Assembly (NCBI GenBank): GCA_947442475.1
Contig: CANEVP010000006.1
Coordinates: 1 to 61,674, forward strand
Reading direction: 5' to 3'
DNA: 61,674 nt
Origin: Rickettsiales bacterium
GTDB lineage: Bacteria > Pseudomonadota > Alphaproteobacteria > Rickettsiales > UBA1997
Positions 28,969 through 38,888 of this stretch are shown here, in pieces; within the stretch, counting starts at the first letter, position 1; every line of letters begins with the position of its first letter. Under the pieces are notes generated by a model. It was not told the origin of the DNA and did not search any database. It saw only the letters and a list, made by a program, of their open reading frames with translations. A program made the translations under genes and the position numbers.

Positions 28969-29979
28969 ATGCAAATTTCGCTAAATAATTACAAAAAACT
29001 GCTTTTAGAAGTTCAAAAAACTCTGCAAAAAACCGAGCAAAATATTGTCAAATCAGTTAACCACGAAAAAATTTTAATGAGTTGGCAGATCGGAAAAATA
29101 ATCAACGATCATTTGCTAGAAAATAGACGCGCCCAGTACGGTAAAAAATTATTCGCGCAACTGTCGCAAGATATTAAAATTGCAGAAAAAACTTTGTACC
29201 AAATGCGCGCCTTCTACAAAACCTACTCGACTCTGCCAAGTGAAGAAGGCAAGTTAACTTGGAGCCACTACCGCAGTTTGGTTTCGGTGAAAGACAGTCA
29301 GAAGCGTCAATATTTAGAAGATTTTACAGTTGAAAACGCACTTGAAGCCAACGAGCTGCAACAAGAAATTGCCAAATTAAAACCGCTTAAAAAAGCGCGC
29401 AAAAAAGCTGCAAAAATTTCTCAGCTCGCTGTGCAGCGCGGGCGTCTTTTTACCTACAAAATCGCGCAAGTTGAAGATTTTTCTGAAACTTTTGTTGATT
29501 GCGGCTTCAACATTTTTACTCAAATAAAAACCAGCTTAAAAGGCGAGGGCTTGGTGGTTGAGTCGCTCAAAGAAAGTGAGGCTTTTTCTTTAAAAAAATC
29601 TGACGCAAAGGCGTCTCAACTTCATACTTACAAAGCTCAACTTAGTCGCGTGGTTGACGGTGACACAATTCACGTTACGCTTGATTTGGGATTTAAAATT
29701 CAACACAAAGAAATTTTGCGCTTGGCCAAAATTAGCGCACCCGAATTAAGCAGCGAGGCTGGTAAAAAAAGCGCCGAAACTCTGAAAAAAATTTTAAAAG
29801 ATGCGCCGCTTCTAATTGTCAAAACCAACAAAACCGACATTTACGGTCGCTACATTGCTGATGTTTTTTTTGGCGACAAAGGTGAAATAGATGCAGAGAA
29901 AGTTGCGAAGGAGGGGGTTTATTTAAACCAAGCCCTGCTTGATGCTAAAGCGGCTAAAGAGTATGTCGCCTCTCATTAA
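28969..29979 (+). CDS. DUF1016 (YhcG) N-terminal domain fused to a staphylococcal-nuclease (SNase) domain
   Basis: WQIGKII..RAQYG..LYQMRAFYKTY..LTWSHYRSL (DUF1016-N); RVVDGDT, LRLAKISAPE, DIYGRYIADV, YLNQALL (SNase). Confidence 0.85.
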   Translation: MQISLNNYKKLLLEVQKTLQKTEQNIVKSVNHEKILMSWQIGKIINDHLLENRRAQYGKKLFAQLSQDIKIAEKTLYQMRAFYKTYSTLPSEEGKLTWSHYRSLVSVKDSQKRQYLEDFTVENALEANELQQEIAKLKPLKKARKKAAKISQLAVQRGRLFTYKIAQVEDFSETFVDCGFNIFTQIKTSLKGEGLVVESLKESEAFSLKKSDAKASQLHTYKAQLSRVVDGDTIHVTLDLGFKIQHKEILRLAKISAPELSSEAGKKSAETLKKILKDAPLLIVKTNKTDIYGRYIADVFFGDKGEIDAEKVAKEGVYLNQALLDAKAAKEYVASH

Positions 29980-30072
29980 TTATTAAAATTTCACAGAAAA
30001 AGAGTAATTCGTTAACCAGATTCGGCTATTGTCTTACAAGGGGATTTCAAAAACCTTTGGGACAACATACGG

Positions 30073-30477
30073 TTGCAAATTGGCGCTATTGGACAAACTT
30101 CTAACGCTACCTCATTAATCAGCGATGGTTTGAGGTTAGTTAAAAATGGCTTTGTAGAAGTTGCTTATCATGGAGTGGGGTCACTTATAAAAACTCCTAT
30201 AGAGTCACTTTGGATCAAGTGTCAAAACAAAAACCTTAGAGATGTAACAATAACAACTGGATCTGAGGCGACAAATAACGATGGTCATGATTATAGTAAT
30301 CTCTCTGATGCTGACGCCACTATAAACCTTGCCACTACTGCTCCAGAAGGTCAGACTGTCCGAGGTGGAGATCGGACTAATAGCGAAACAACGCAATTAG
30401 GAATCATCGAGATCCCAACTGCAACAGCTCTCACATCTGCTACCCTGACACGCGGCGGATCGAGTGGGAGATTTTAA
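30073..30477 (+). CDS. Hypothetical protein, possibly a 5'-truncated remnant of an orphan gene
   Basis: TTG start; frame stays open a short way upstream with no ATG; Thr-rich with GGSSGRF tail. Confidence 0.45.
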   Translation: MQIGAIGQTSNATSLISDGLRLVKNGFVEVAYHGVGSLIKTPIESLWIKCQNKNLRDVTITTGSEATNNDGHDYSNLSDADATINLATTAPEGQTVRGGDRTNSETTQLGIIEIPTATALTSATLTRGGSSGRF

Positions 30478-30522
30478 AAATTGGTACATTGCCGCTTAAA
30501 CCCAAAAAGATCTCTCGCTTGT

Positions 30523-30957
30523 TCAAGCTTGCTCTGCCGCGTTTCTAGCCAAAATATCGGCAATCTCATTAAACTTATTGCCGCTGTGTCCCTTAACCCA
30601 AATCCATTTTATTTGGTGTTTTGCCACTTCCGCATCTAACTCTTGCCACAAATCAACATTCTTCACCGGTTTTTTATCAGAGCCTTTCCAGCCATTTTTT
30701 TTCCAGTTGAAAATCCATTTTGTGATCCCATCCATTACATATTTGCTGTCGGTGTAAAGGGTGACTTGCGACAATTTTTTTAGCGTCTTAAGGCTTTCAA
30801 TTACGGCGCGCATTTCCATGCGGTTATTGGTGCTTAATTTTTCGCCGCCTGAAATTTCTTTGCGATGCTCCTTGTAAAGCAAAATAGCGCCCCAGCCGCC
30901 GCGTCCAGGGTTTCCTAAACAAGCGCCGTCTGTGTAGATTTCAATTGATGAGGTCAT
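30523..30957 (-). CDS. rnhA: Ribonuclease HI
   Basis: [36 protein letters not shown]. Confidence 0.97.
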   Translation of the reverse strand: MTSSIEIYTDGACLGNPGRGGWGAILLYKEHRKEISGGEKLSTNNRMEMRAVIESLKTLKKLSQVTLYTDSKYVMDGITKWIFNWKKNGWKGSDKKPVKNVDLWQELDAEVAKHQIKWIWVKGHSGNKFNEIADILARNAAEQA

Positions 30958-31850
30958 TTTTGTTTAGAATTATTTGTATTGAGGTTGATCGCAGAATTGC
31001 CAATGGTCTTTAATTTTACCGAAGGGAGTTTTTTTTGATCCAAAAGGAGCTGCTCGTTTTGCGCTGTAAAATTACGCAAGTTCTGCATCAGATCGCGAAT
31101 AAAAAATCTTAAAGTATCGGGCTTCGTATCTTCAGCCTGATCCAAAACTTTGGTTAACTCTTCAAATCGAGCTAAGGCTAGGTCGTCTTGTTGAAAAAGA
31201 GTTTCTAGTTTTTGATCCCAATGCCTCAGCGACTCTGGATTTACTAAAGATGGATCAAAGATTTTCTTGGTGAGTTGAGCGCCTTTAGCTAACTCAATAG
31301 CTGTTTTATCGCTAGTATCAGTGGCTTCTTCGTAATATCTGACAAGTGGGGGATGAGTTGGAAAATCTTTTAAGTCACAAGATGTTCTAAGAAGCGAATC
31401 TGCTAAAATTTCTCTGCCATCTAACTCCAATAGAATTGCGGTGTGATCAAGGCCGCGTTGAAAGTCTTTCTGATTTTTTGGATTTATATCAAATTGACTA
31501 ACCTGCATCTCGCCAGTTTGGTAAGCAGTTTCATCAACTATCTCAGCAAGTAAGCCGTTGCTCAAAGTAGCACATTCACCGTAGCGAAGCTTTCTGAGCT
31601 GAAAATTTCTCATCGCAACCCATTGGGCTGAATTGTGAGGCACAAATTCTTCACGGCGCAAAAGCATATTTTGCACAACCTCAGCAGCAACAATAGGGAT
31701 TAGTTTTTTGCTGGTATTTTGTAATTCTTCTAAATTGAGGGCGCTTGGCGCAAAATTTAAGAGGAGTGGCGGCGTTCTACCGTAGCTGGAGGCATATTTT
31801 TTTGCAGACAAAGCTGTCATGCATCTATTGACAATCTGGGCTAATCTCAT
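30954..31850 (-). CDS. Orphan protein with a putative Cys-His-Asp triad (papain/transglutaminase-like)
   Basis: YGECATLS ... LDHTAILL ... ILADSLL; 4-nt overlaps with both proC and rnhA. Confidence 0.65.
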   Translation of the reverse strand: MRLAQIVNRCMTALSAKKYASSYGRTPPLLLNFAPSALNLEELQNTSKKLIPIVAAEVVQNMLLRREEFVPHNSAQWVAMRNFQLRKLRYGECATLSNGLLAEIVDETAYQTGEMQVSQFDINPKNQKDFQRGLDHTAILLELDGREILADSLLRTSCDLKDFPTHPPLVRYYEEATDTSDKTAIELAKGAQLTKKIFDPSLVNPESLRHWDQKLETLFQQDDLALARFEELTKVLDQAEDTKPDTLRFFIRDLMQNLRNFTAQNEQLLLDQKKLPSVKLKTIGNSAINLNTNNSKQK

Positions 31851-32653
31851 TTAGCAAGTTTGTTCGATCTTTCTGCAGCAGCGTCAATGGCATCTGAACA
31901 AAGCTTTTTTAATGCCGAACTTTTTTGCAAAATTTGCAGCGCTGCATCGGTGGTGCCGCCTTTTGAAGTGACCGATTTGCGTAGTGCTAAAAAATCTAAA
32001 TCAGAGTTACAAGACATCAAAGCGCTGCCCAAAAATAATTGCTTAACCAACGCTGCAGCATCTTTGTTACTAATTTTGTGACTGATGGCAATTTCAGTAA
32101 AAATTTCTTGTAGTAAAAAAATGTAAGCAGGCCCCGAGCCAAAAATTGCAGTTGCTGCGTCGAAAAGTTTTTCATCTTTTAGCTCAAAAGCAGTGCCGAA
32201 TTTTTCGAAGATTTTTAGCAGTCTTTTTGAATCACTTGCAGTGACATTTTTATTGGCAAAAAATGTGAATACGCCTTGAGAATCCTCAATTGGCAGGTTT
32301 GGCATTGAGCGAATTATTTTGGCCTGCGAGCCAAAAATATTTTCGAAAAAGGTGATTTTTTTTCCGGCGAGAATCGAGATGAAAATGGTGTTTTTAGAAA
32401 ATATTTTTGTTTGAGAAAATTCACTTAAAATTTCTGCGGCGTCTTGGGGTTTGATGGCAAGAAAGACTAAATCGGCTTGGTAATTTTGGGGCAGGTGGCC
32501 GACATTTTTGAAATAATTTAATCCAGCAATTCTGTTATTTTCTGACTTCTCTAAAATGCTGATTTGACTAGTCTTGGCGCTTTTTTGCTCGAGTAAATTT
32601 TTAACTAAAATCGAACCCATTTTTCCGCAACCAAGGAAGAGAATATTTTTCAT
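31847..32653 (-). CDS. proC: Pyrroline-5-carboxylate reductase
   Basis: FLGCGKMG, LAIKPQ, SILAG, RSMPN, GSGPAY, VTSKGGTT. Confidence 0.95.
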   Translation of the reverse strand: MKNILFLGCGKMGSILVKNLLEQKSAKTSQISILEKSENNRIAGLNYFKNVGHLPQNYQADLVFLAIKPQDAAEILSEFSQTKIFSKNTIFISILAGKKITFFENIFGSQAKIIRSMPNLPIEDSQGVFTFFANKNVTASDSKRLLKIFEKFGTAFELKDEKLFDAATAIFGSGPAYIFLLQEIFTEIAISHKISNKDAAALVKQLFLGSALMSCNSDLDFLALRKSVTSKGGTTDAALQILQKSSALKKLCSDAIDAAAERSNKLAK

Positions 32654-32682
32654 TTCTTAGATATTTTTACACCGTCATCACC

Positions 32683-32735
32683 AATAAAATGAGGGATCTC
32701 CCGAGATTTAAACTCACGAGATCCCTCATTTTATT
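32683..32735. repeat. REP-like inverted repeat between sdhB and proC
   Basis: aataaaatgagggatctc-N17-gagatccctcattttatt, preceded by cgtcatc. Confidence 0.8.
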
Positions 32736-32766
32736 TGGAAGGACAGTTTGGTTTTGGTTAAATTCT

Positions 32767-33564
32767 TTAAGCCTTGCGATCGGCAATAGCCTGTTTAATC
32801 GATGCAATCGCTTTTGCCGGATTCAAACCTTTCGGGCAAGTATTGGTGCAATTCATAATTGTGTGGCAGCGATAAAGTTTGAATGGATCTTCTAACGCAT
32901 CCAATCTTTCATCTGTTGCCTCATCGCGAGAATCAACAATCCATCTTTGCGCTTGTAGCAAGGTTGCAGGCCCCAAATATTTATCTCCATTCCACCAATA
33001 GCTTGGGCAAGAAGTTGAACAGCAGGCGCACATGATACATTCATAAAGACCGTCAAGTTTTTCGCGATCTTCTGGGGATTGCAGCCTTTCTTTATTTTGA
33101 TTGTCAGGAATTTCAGCTTGAAGCCAAGGTTTGATTGATTTGTGCTGTTCGTAAAAATTAGTAAGATCAGGAACCAAATCTTTTATCACCGGCATGTGCG
33201 GCAGCGGGTAAATTTTTATATCGTTAGATTTGCAATCAGAAATTGATTTAGTGCAAGCCAACGTATTGGTGCCATCAATATTCATGGCGCATGAACCGCA
33301 AATGCCTTCACGACAAGATCTGCGGAAGGTTACTGAAGAATCATGTTCAGATTTAATCTTAATCAAAGCGTCCAAAACCATTGGACCGCATTCATCAAGA
33401 TCAAGTTCAAAACGATCAATATGTGGATTCTTCTTTTCGGCGTCTTCCGGGTCGTAGCGATAAACATCAAAAGCTCGGACATTTTTTGCGCCATCTTTTG
33501 CTTTAAAAACTTTACCAGCTTTTTTGTCGATTTGTGAATTTTTTGGGAGCGTAAATTCTGCCAT
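32767..33564 (-). CDS. sdhB: Succinate dehydrogenase iron-sulfur subunit
   Basis: [41 protein letters not shown]. Confidence 0.98.
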   Translation of the reverse strand: MAEFTLPKNSQIDKKAGKVFKAKDGAKNVRAFDVYRYDPEDAEKKNPHIDRFELDLDECGPMVLDALIKIKSEHDSSVTFRRSCREGICGSCAMNIDGTNTLACTKSISDCKSNDIKIYPLPHMPVIKDLVPDLTNFYEQHKSIKPWLQAEIPDNQNKERLQSPEDREKLDGLYECIMCACCSTSCPSYWWNGDKYLGPATLLQAQRWIVDSRDEATDERLDALEDPFKLYRCHTIMNCTNTCPKGLNPAKAIASIKQAIADRKA

Positions 33565-33596
33565 TTTCGTTTCGATTTGTTTAAATTTTCAGAGAT

Positions 33597-35396
33597 TTAG
33601 TAAACACGTTTTTTCGGTGGAAAGGCCTGAACATCATTGCTCATTGGCTTCAACACAACTTCGCGGTAATCGGTTTTGATATTGGCACTTTGGTCGCACC
33701 ACAAGATTGAGTGCTTCATCCAATTTTCATCGTCGCGATCTTTGTAATCATCGCGAGCTTGAGCGCCGCGACTTTCTTTGCGGTTTAGAGCTCCTGCAAT
33801 TGTTACTAAAGCTTGCGATCTAAGGTTATCTAACTCTAAAGCTTCAACTAAATCACTATTCCAAATCAGGCCGCGATCTTCAATTTTTAGATCTTCAAAG
33901 CTTGCAAAAATTTCGCGCATTTTTTCGATGCCTTCAGTCAAAATTTCTTCAGTTCTAAACACTGCGGCGTGAGCTTGCATGCAGTTTTGCATGTTACTTC
34001 TGATTTGTGCAGAAGACGATTTTCCATTAGCATTTCTGATTTTATCAAAACGAGCAAGCGACTCTGCGCCAGCTTCAGCAGGCAATTCAGAATGAGCTGC
34101 ATTTGGCTTAACAATTTCAGCAGCGCGAATTGCTGCAGCGCGGCCAAACACAACCAAATCAAGCAATGAGTTTGAGCCCAAGCGATTAGCGCCGTGAACT
34201 GAAACGCAAGCTGCTTCACCAATTGCCATCAAGCCCAAAACCACTTCAGGTTTGCCGTTTTTAACAGTTAAAACTTCAGCTTTTACGTTAGTTGGAATGC
34301 CGCCCATATTATAGTGAACCGTTGGCAGAACTGGGATTGGCTGTTTAGTAACATCGACTCCGGCAAAAACTTTAGCAGTTTCTGAGATACCAGGTAGGCG
34401 CTCATGTAAGATTTTTGGATCAAGGTGATTGAGGTGTAAATAGATGTGATCTTTTTTTGGACCAACACCGCGGCCAGCCAAAATTTCCATGGTCATGGCG
34501 CGAGAAACCACGTCGCGACTCGCCAAATCTTTAGCACTTGGAGCGTAGCGTTCCATGAAACGCTCACCTTCCGAGTTAACTAAATATCCACCTTCACCGC
34601 GAGCTCCTTCAGTGATTAAGCAACCTGAGCCGTAAACGCCGGTTGGGTGAAATTGTACAAACTCCATATCTTGCAAAGGAAGTCCGGCGCGCAGTACCAT
34701 GGCGTTGCCATCTCCAGTGCAAGTGTGAGCAGAAGTCGCAGAAAAATAAGCGCGTCCGTAGCCGCCAGTTGCAAGAACTACTAGTTGAGCTTTGAATCTG
34801 TGCAAAGTTCCATCAAGCAAAGAAAGCGCAGTGATGCCCCGGCAAATGCCGTTTTCCATGATTAAGTCTAGTGCAAAATATTCGATGAAAAATTGGGCGT
34901 TATGTTTGAGTGATTGTTGGTAGAGTGTGTGAAGAATCGCGTGTCCAGTTCTATCCGCCGCAGCGCAAGTTCTTTGAGCTGGACCGCCTTCACCAAATTC
35001 TTTAGTCATGCCACCAAATGGGCGTTGATAAATTTTGCCTTCTTTAGTGCGTGAAAATGGCACGCCGTAATGTTCAAGTTCAATGATTGCTTCTGGTGCT
35101 TCGCGACACATATATTCGATTGCATCTTGGTCGCCTAGCCAGTCTGAACCTTTAACGGTGTCATACATGTGCCAGCGCCAGTCATCTTCGCCCATATTGC
35201 CGAGTGCTGCTGAAATGCCGCCTTGTGCTGCGACAGTGTGTGAGCGAGTTGGGAATACTTTTGAGATACAGGCCGTTGAAAGACCTTTTTGTGCCATGCC
35301 GAAAGTGGCGCGAAGTCCGGCTCCACCAGCACCAACAACTACAACATCAAATTCATGGTCGATTACTGAATGATTTCCGATTTTTTTTTCTGACAT
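33597..35396 (-). CDS. sdhA: Succinate dehydrogenase flavoprotein subunit
   Basis: [40 protein letters not shown]. Confidence 0.98.
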   Translation of the reverse strand: MSEKKIGNHSVIDHEFDVVVVGAGGAGLRATFGMAQKGLSTACISKVFPTRSHTVAAQGGISAALGNMGEDDWRWHMYDTVKGSDWLGDQDAIEYMCREAPEAIIELEHYGVPFSRTKEGKIYQRPFGGMTKEFGEGGPAQRTCAAADRTGHAILHTLYQQSLKHNAQFFIEYFALDLIMENGICRGITALSLLDGTLHRFKAQLVVLATGGYGRAYFSATSAHTCTGDGNAMVLRAGLPLQDMEFVQFHPTGVYGSGCLITEGARGEGGYLVNSEGERFMERYAPSAKDLASRDVVSRAMTMEILAGRGVGPKKDHIYLHLNHLDPKILHERLPGISETAKVFAGVDVTKQPIPVLPTVHYNMGGIPTNVKAEVLTVKNGKPEVVLGLMAIGEAACVSVHGANRLGSNSLLDLVVFGRAAAIRAAEIVKPNAAHSELPAEAGAESLARFDKIRNANGKSSSAQIRSNMQNCMQAHAAVFRTEEILTEGIEKMREIFASFEDLKIEDRGLIWNSDLVEALELDNLRSQALVTIAGALNRKESRGAQARDDYKDRDDENWMKHSILWCDQSANIKTDYREVVLKPMSNDVQAFPPKKRVY

Positions 35397-35447
35397 ATTT
35401 ATTTTTTTAGTGAATTAATGCGCTGTAGCTCAAAGAGCGTAAGCGAG

Positions 35448-35810
35448 TTACCCGATTAAATGAAGTCTAATAATTGCAATTACTACGGCAACCGCGGTCA
35501 CAGTAGACAAAAAGTTCACCAACATGATGTAGAAATGCATTTTGGTTTTATTAGCAATGTAATCTTCAATCACAACACGTAGGCCAAGAGAGCCGTGATA
35601 AAGCGAAGTGGTAATCAATAAAATCCCCATGATCGCATTAAGCGGGTAGGCGAAAAATACTGGTAAATAGCCTTGTGGATCTTCGGCGATTTGCACGAAT
35701 GAAAGCACTAGCCAAAGAGTCAAAGGCAAAAGTGCGATTGCTGAAACTCTCTGCATCAACCAATGGTGCGAGCCGGTTTTAGTTGAAGGTGCGATTTTGA
35801 TCTTGTTCAT
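35448..35810 (-). CDS. sdhD: Succinate dehydrogenase membrane anchor
   Basis: HHWLMQRVSA, YHGSLGLRVVIEDY; operon position. Confidence 0.95.
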   Translation of the reverse strand: MNKIKIAPSTKTGSHHWLMQRVSAIALLPLTLWLVLSFVQIAEDPQGYLPVFFAYPLNAIMGILLITTSLYHGSLGLRVVIEDYIANKTKMHFYIMLVNFLSTVTAVAVVIAIIRLHLIG

Positions 35811-35812
35811 GT

Positions 35813-36241
35813 TTAGAAAAATTTAAGATAAAGAACGGTGCCGACAGTTACGGCGGTGAAAATTAGCGACAAAGCAATTACTAAGAAGCCATTGGTTTTA
35901 GCGGTTTCTTTTTCAAAACCTTTACCGATATCCCAAAATAAATGGCGAATGCCGTTGGTGAAATGGTAATAAAGACAGAAGGTTACAGCGATTGCAGCGA
36001 GAGAGAAAATCTTGTCAAAGATTTCATTCATTGGGCAATCACAGGTCTCCATAGACTCTGCTATGTTGATTTGGTAGGTGTAGTAAACGATGTACCAAGA
36101 AATTGCCACTATTGAGATGTAGAGAACAATTCCGGTAAGGCGATGCAAAATTGATGTGAAGGAAGAGATGTTCCATTTGTAAATTTGCAAATGGGGAGAG
36201 GTTGGTCTGCTTGATGTCGAGGTAGATTTTTTTGCTGTCAT
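35813..36241 (-). CDS. sdhC: Succinate dehydrogenase cytochrome b556 subunit
   Basis: RPTSPHLQIY, SILHRLTG, HFTNGIRHLFWD. ATG36241 preferred over track start 36280. Confidence 0.95.
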   Translation of the reverse strand: MTAKKSTSTSSRPTSPHLQIYKWNISSFTSILHRLTGIVLYISIVAISWYIVYYTYQINIAESMETCDCPMNEIFDKIFSLAAIAVTFCLYYHFTNGIRHLFWDIGKGFEKETAKTNGFLVIALSLIFTAVTVGTVLYLKFF

Positions 36242-36474
36242 TTTTTTGGAAAAAAAACTTGTGAGAAGAAGTGGTTTCAAAAACTAAAAAGATGGGGACA
36301 AGTTTACAAGAATTTATTTTGATTCACGTCTAGTATCTTTGGATGCAAGAGGTAGATGTTAGGAAAGAAGAATTAGATGACGAAATTTTTTACAAAAGAT
36401 TACAATTTACTTTGCCCCAACCCTTCTTACGTTTGCTTCAAATCCCTCCCTAAAAAAATAAAATTCAAAAAAAT

Positions 36475-38316
36475 ATGTGCGGAATTGTTGGTGTTGTTGG
36501 TGGTAAAAATGCTGTCTCAATTATTCTCGAAGGTTTGAAAAAATTAGAATATCGCGGCTACGACTCCGCTGGTATTGCTGTGCTTGAAAAAGGCGAATTT
36601 AAAACCGTCAAAGAAGAAGGAAAAATTGCCAATCTCGAAGCGGCCTTGTTGCAAAAAAAACTCGATTCACAAATTGGCATTGGTCACACGCGCTGGGCAA
36701 CTCATGGCAAGCCGAGCAAAGAAAATGCTCATCCGCACGCATCTTCTAACATCTGCGTAGTTCATAATGGCATTATTGAAAATCACCAAGAACTCAAAGC
36801 AAAATTACAAAAAAGCGGCGCTAAATTTTTAAGCGAAACTGATACCGAAGTTGTGCCGCATTTGATTGAATATCACTTCGAAAAAAGCGGCGACATCAAG
36901 AGATCACTGCTTGCAGCTGCTAAAGAAATTAAAGGAACTTTTGCACTAGCCGTAATGTTTAAAAATCGCGGTGACGTCATCGCTGTTGCTAAACGCGGCT
37001 CGCCATTGGTTTTGGGGATAGGTAAAAATGAAAATTACATCGGTTCTGATTACTACGCTTTAAGTGATCACACTCACAAAATTATTGCTCTCGAAGACGA
37101 AGAATTTGCAATTATTTCAGCCGATAAAATTGAAGTTTTTGACGCCAAAGGTGCTGAATTAAAAAAATCAGCGAAGATCATAGAGCCAGAAAAGGCGCGC
37201 ATTTCAAAAGATGGTTTTGACCATTTTATGTTGAAAGAAATTTACGAACAGCCACGCGTTTTGGAAGAAACAATTCAGACTTACGTTGACTTAAACAGCT
37301 CGTCGATTCACTTGCCGAACTTCGCTTTTGACTTAAAAAAAATTAACAAAATCACAATTGTTGCCTGTGGCACTTCTTATTATTCGGGAATGTGCGCCAA
37401 ATATTTGATTGAAGAAATTTCTGGCGTTGAAGTTGAAGTTGATATTGCCTCAGAATTTCGCTACCGCGCTCATCCATTTCGCGAAGACAATTTGATGGTT
37501 TTCGTTTCGCAATCAGGAGAAACCGCCGACACTTTGGCCGCGCTAAAATTTGCCAAACAAAATAATCAAAAAATTCTCTCAATCGTCAATGTGGCGCACA
37601 GCACCATGGCGCAGCTTTCAGATGCGGTAATTCGCACCGCTGCGGGCCCTGAAATTGGCGTTGCATCAACCAAAGCTTACACGGCGCAAGTAACTGTTTT
37701 AGGGCTTTTGGCGATTCATTTTGGTTGCATTAAAGGCAAAATTTCAGCGGCCGAAAAAGCCAAATTATTGCAAGAAATTGCAGAAAGCGGATCGAAAATG
37801 GCCCATCTTTTTGACGAGCCTCAATTAAAAAATATTAAGAAAATTGCCAAGTCGCTAACTCGCGCCAAACATGTGCTCTACATTGGTCGTGGCATTTCGC
37901 AGGTCACTGCTCTTGAAGCAGCATTAAAATTTCGTGAGCTTTCTTACATCAACGCGCAAGGCATTGCGGCAGGTGAATTAAAACACGGAACCATCGCGCT
38001 AATCGACAATAAAATGCCGGTAATTGTGATCGCGCCTCACAATAAAAATAATGATCTCTTTGAAAAAACTGCTTCAAACGCTCAAGAAGTAAATGCGCGG
38101 GGTGGTAAAATAATTTTCATCAGCAATAAAAAAGGCATCAAACAATTTGGCAAAATGGCCAAGCAAAAAATCGAAATTCCAGATCTTGCTGGAATCATCC
38201 AAGAGGCGATTTTGCCAGTGGTGTCAACTCAATTGCTGGCTTACTATGTGGCACTTTACAAGGGCAACGATGTTGACCAGCCGCGTAATTTAGCAAAATC
38301 CGTAACTGTCGAGTAA
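36475..38316 (+). CDS. glmS: Glutamine--fructose-6-phosphate aminotransferase
   Basis: MCGIVG, LEYRGYDSAG, GHTRWATHG, SQSGETADT, PRNLAKSVTVE. Confidence 0.98.
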   Translation: MCGIVGVVGGKNAVSIILEGLKKLEYRGYDSAGIAVLEKGEFKTVKEEGKIANLEAALLQKKLDSQIGIGHTRWATHGKPSKENAHPHASSNICVVHNGIIENHQELKAKLQKSGAKFLSETDTEVVPHLIEYHFEKSGDIKRSLLAAAKEIKGTFALAVMFKNRGDVIAVAKRGSPLVLGIGKNENYIGSDYYALSDHTHKIIALEDEEFAIISADKIEVFDAKGAELKKSAKIIEPEKARISKDGFDHFMLKEIYEQPRVLEETIQTYVDLNSSSIHLPNFAFDLKKINKITIVACGTSYYSGMCAKYLIEEISGVEVEVDIASEFRYRAHPFREDNLMVFVSQSGETADTLAALKFAKQNNQKILSIVNVAHSTMAQLSDAVIRTAAGPEIGVASTKAYTAQVTVLGLLAIHFGCIKGKISAAEKAKLLQEIAESGSKMAHLFDEPQLKNIKKIAKSLTRAKHVLYIGRGISQVTALEAALKFRELSYINAQGIAAGELKHGTIALIDNKMPVIVIAPHNKNNDLFEKTASNAQEVNARGGKIIFISNKKGIKQFGKMAKQKIEIPDLAGIIQEAILPVVSTQLLAYYVALYKGNDVDQPRNLAKSVTVE

Positions 38317-38318
38317 GC

Positions 38319-38784
38319 ATGAAATATCTAGCAATTTTGCTCGCTTTATTTTTTAGCCAAGCCGCTGTGGCTCAAGAATAAGAAGATCCTTTGAAAAATT
38401 ATTTAGTTGCAAAAAAAACCAGCTAAAGATTTTCAAATTATTAACGAAAATTGCGCCATCACTATTGAAATGAGTGATGAAAATATTGAGGAAAAAAAGA
38501 AAGAGGGAGAAGAGAATTTTTATACCGCATCTGATGAATAAATGTTTTACCAAGCTAATGCGCTGGAATTTTTGGCAAAGAAAAAGACAAAAGTAGTCAC
38601 GCCAAAAGTAAGATATTTGATTTTTGTAATGGCGGACGGCAAAGAAATTTATCTTGATACCAAAGCAATGGGCTGGAAATGGGTTTTATTTAGCCCCGAT
38701 AGAAAGCCAAAACTTACTTATCCGATCGACATGGAAAGTAATTACAAAGAATATTTCTTTTCGAGTGTCGTAAATTTTAACTAA
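38319..38784 (+). pseudogene. Pseudogene of an exported hypothetical protein
   Basis: Signal peptide MKYLAILLALFFSQAAVAQE then TAA; frameshift in the A-run near 38411; second TAA just before ORF 38542, which continues the same frame. Confidence 0.7.
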
Positions 38785-38787
38785 AAA

Positions 38788-38811
38788 TTATAACCCAAGT
38801 TATAACCCAAG
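38788..38811 (+). repeat. 12-bp tandem duplication
   Basis: ttataacccaag repeated twice. Confidence 0.7.
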
Positions 38812-38888
38812 ATCGTTTTGTATAAATTCTGTGCCATCAGTTGCCTGCCTTTTCCAGAAAAAATTGTAATCAACAGGTTTGGTTATTT

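Noticed and set aside
36280-36474. glmS ribozyme upstream of glmS
   Set aside because: No recognisable ribozyme core; AT-rich divergent promoter region.
38280-38340. Tn7 insertion at the glmS attachment site
   Set aside because: No TGT-type ends, TnsB-site arrays or tns genes are visible.
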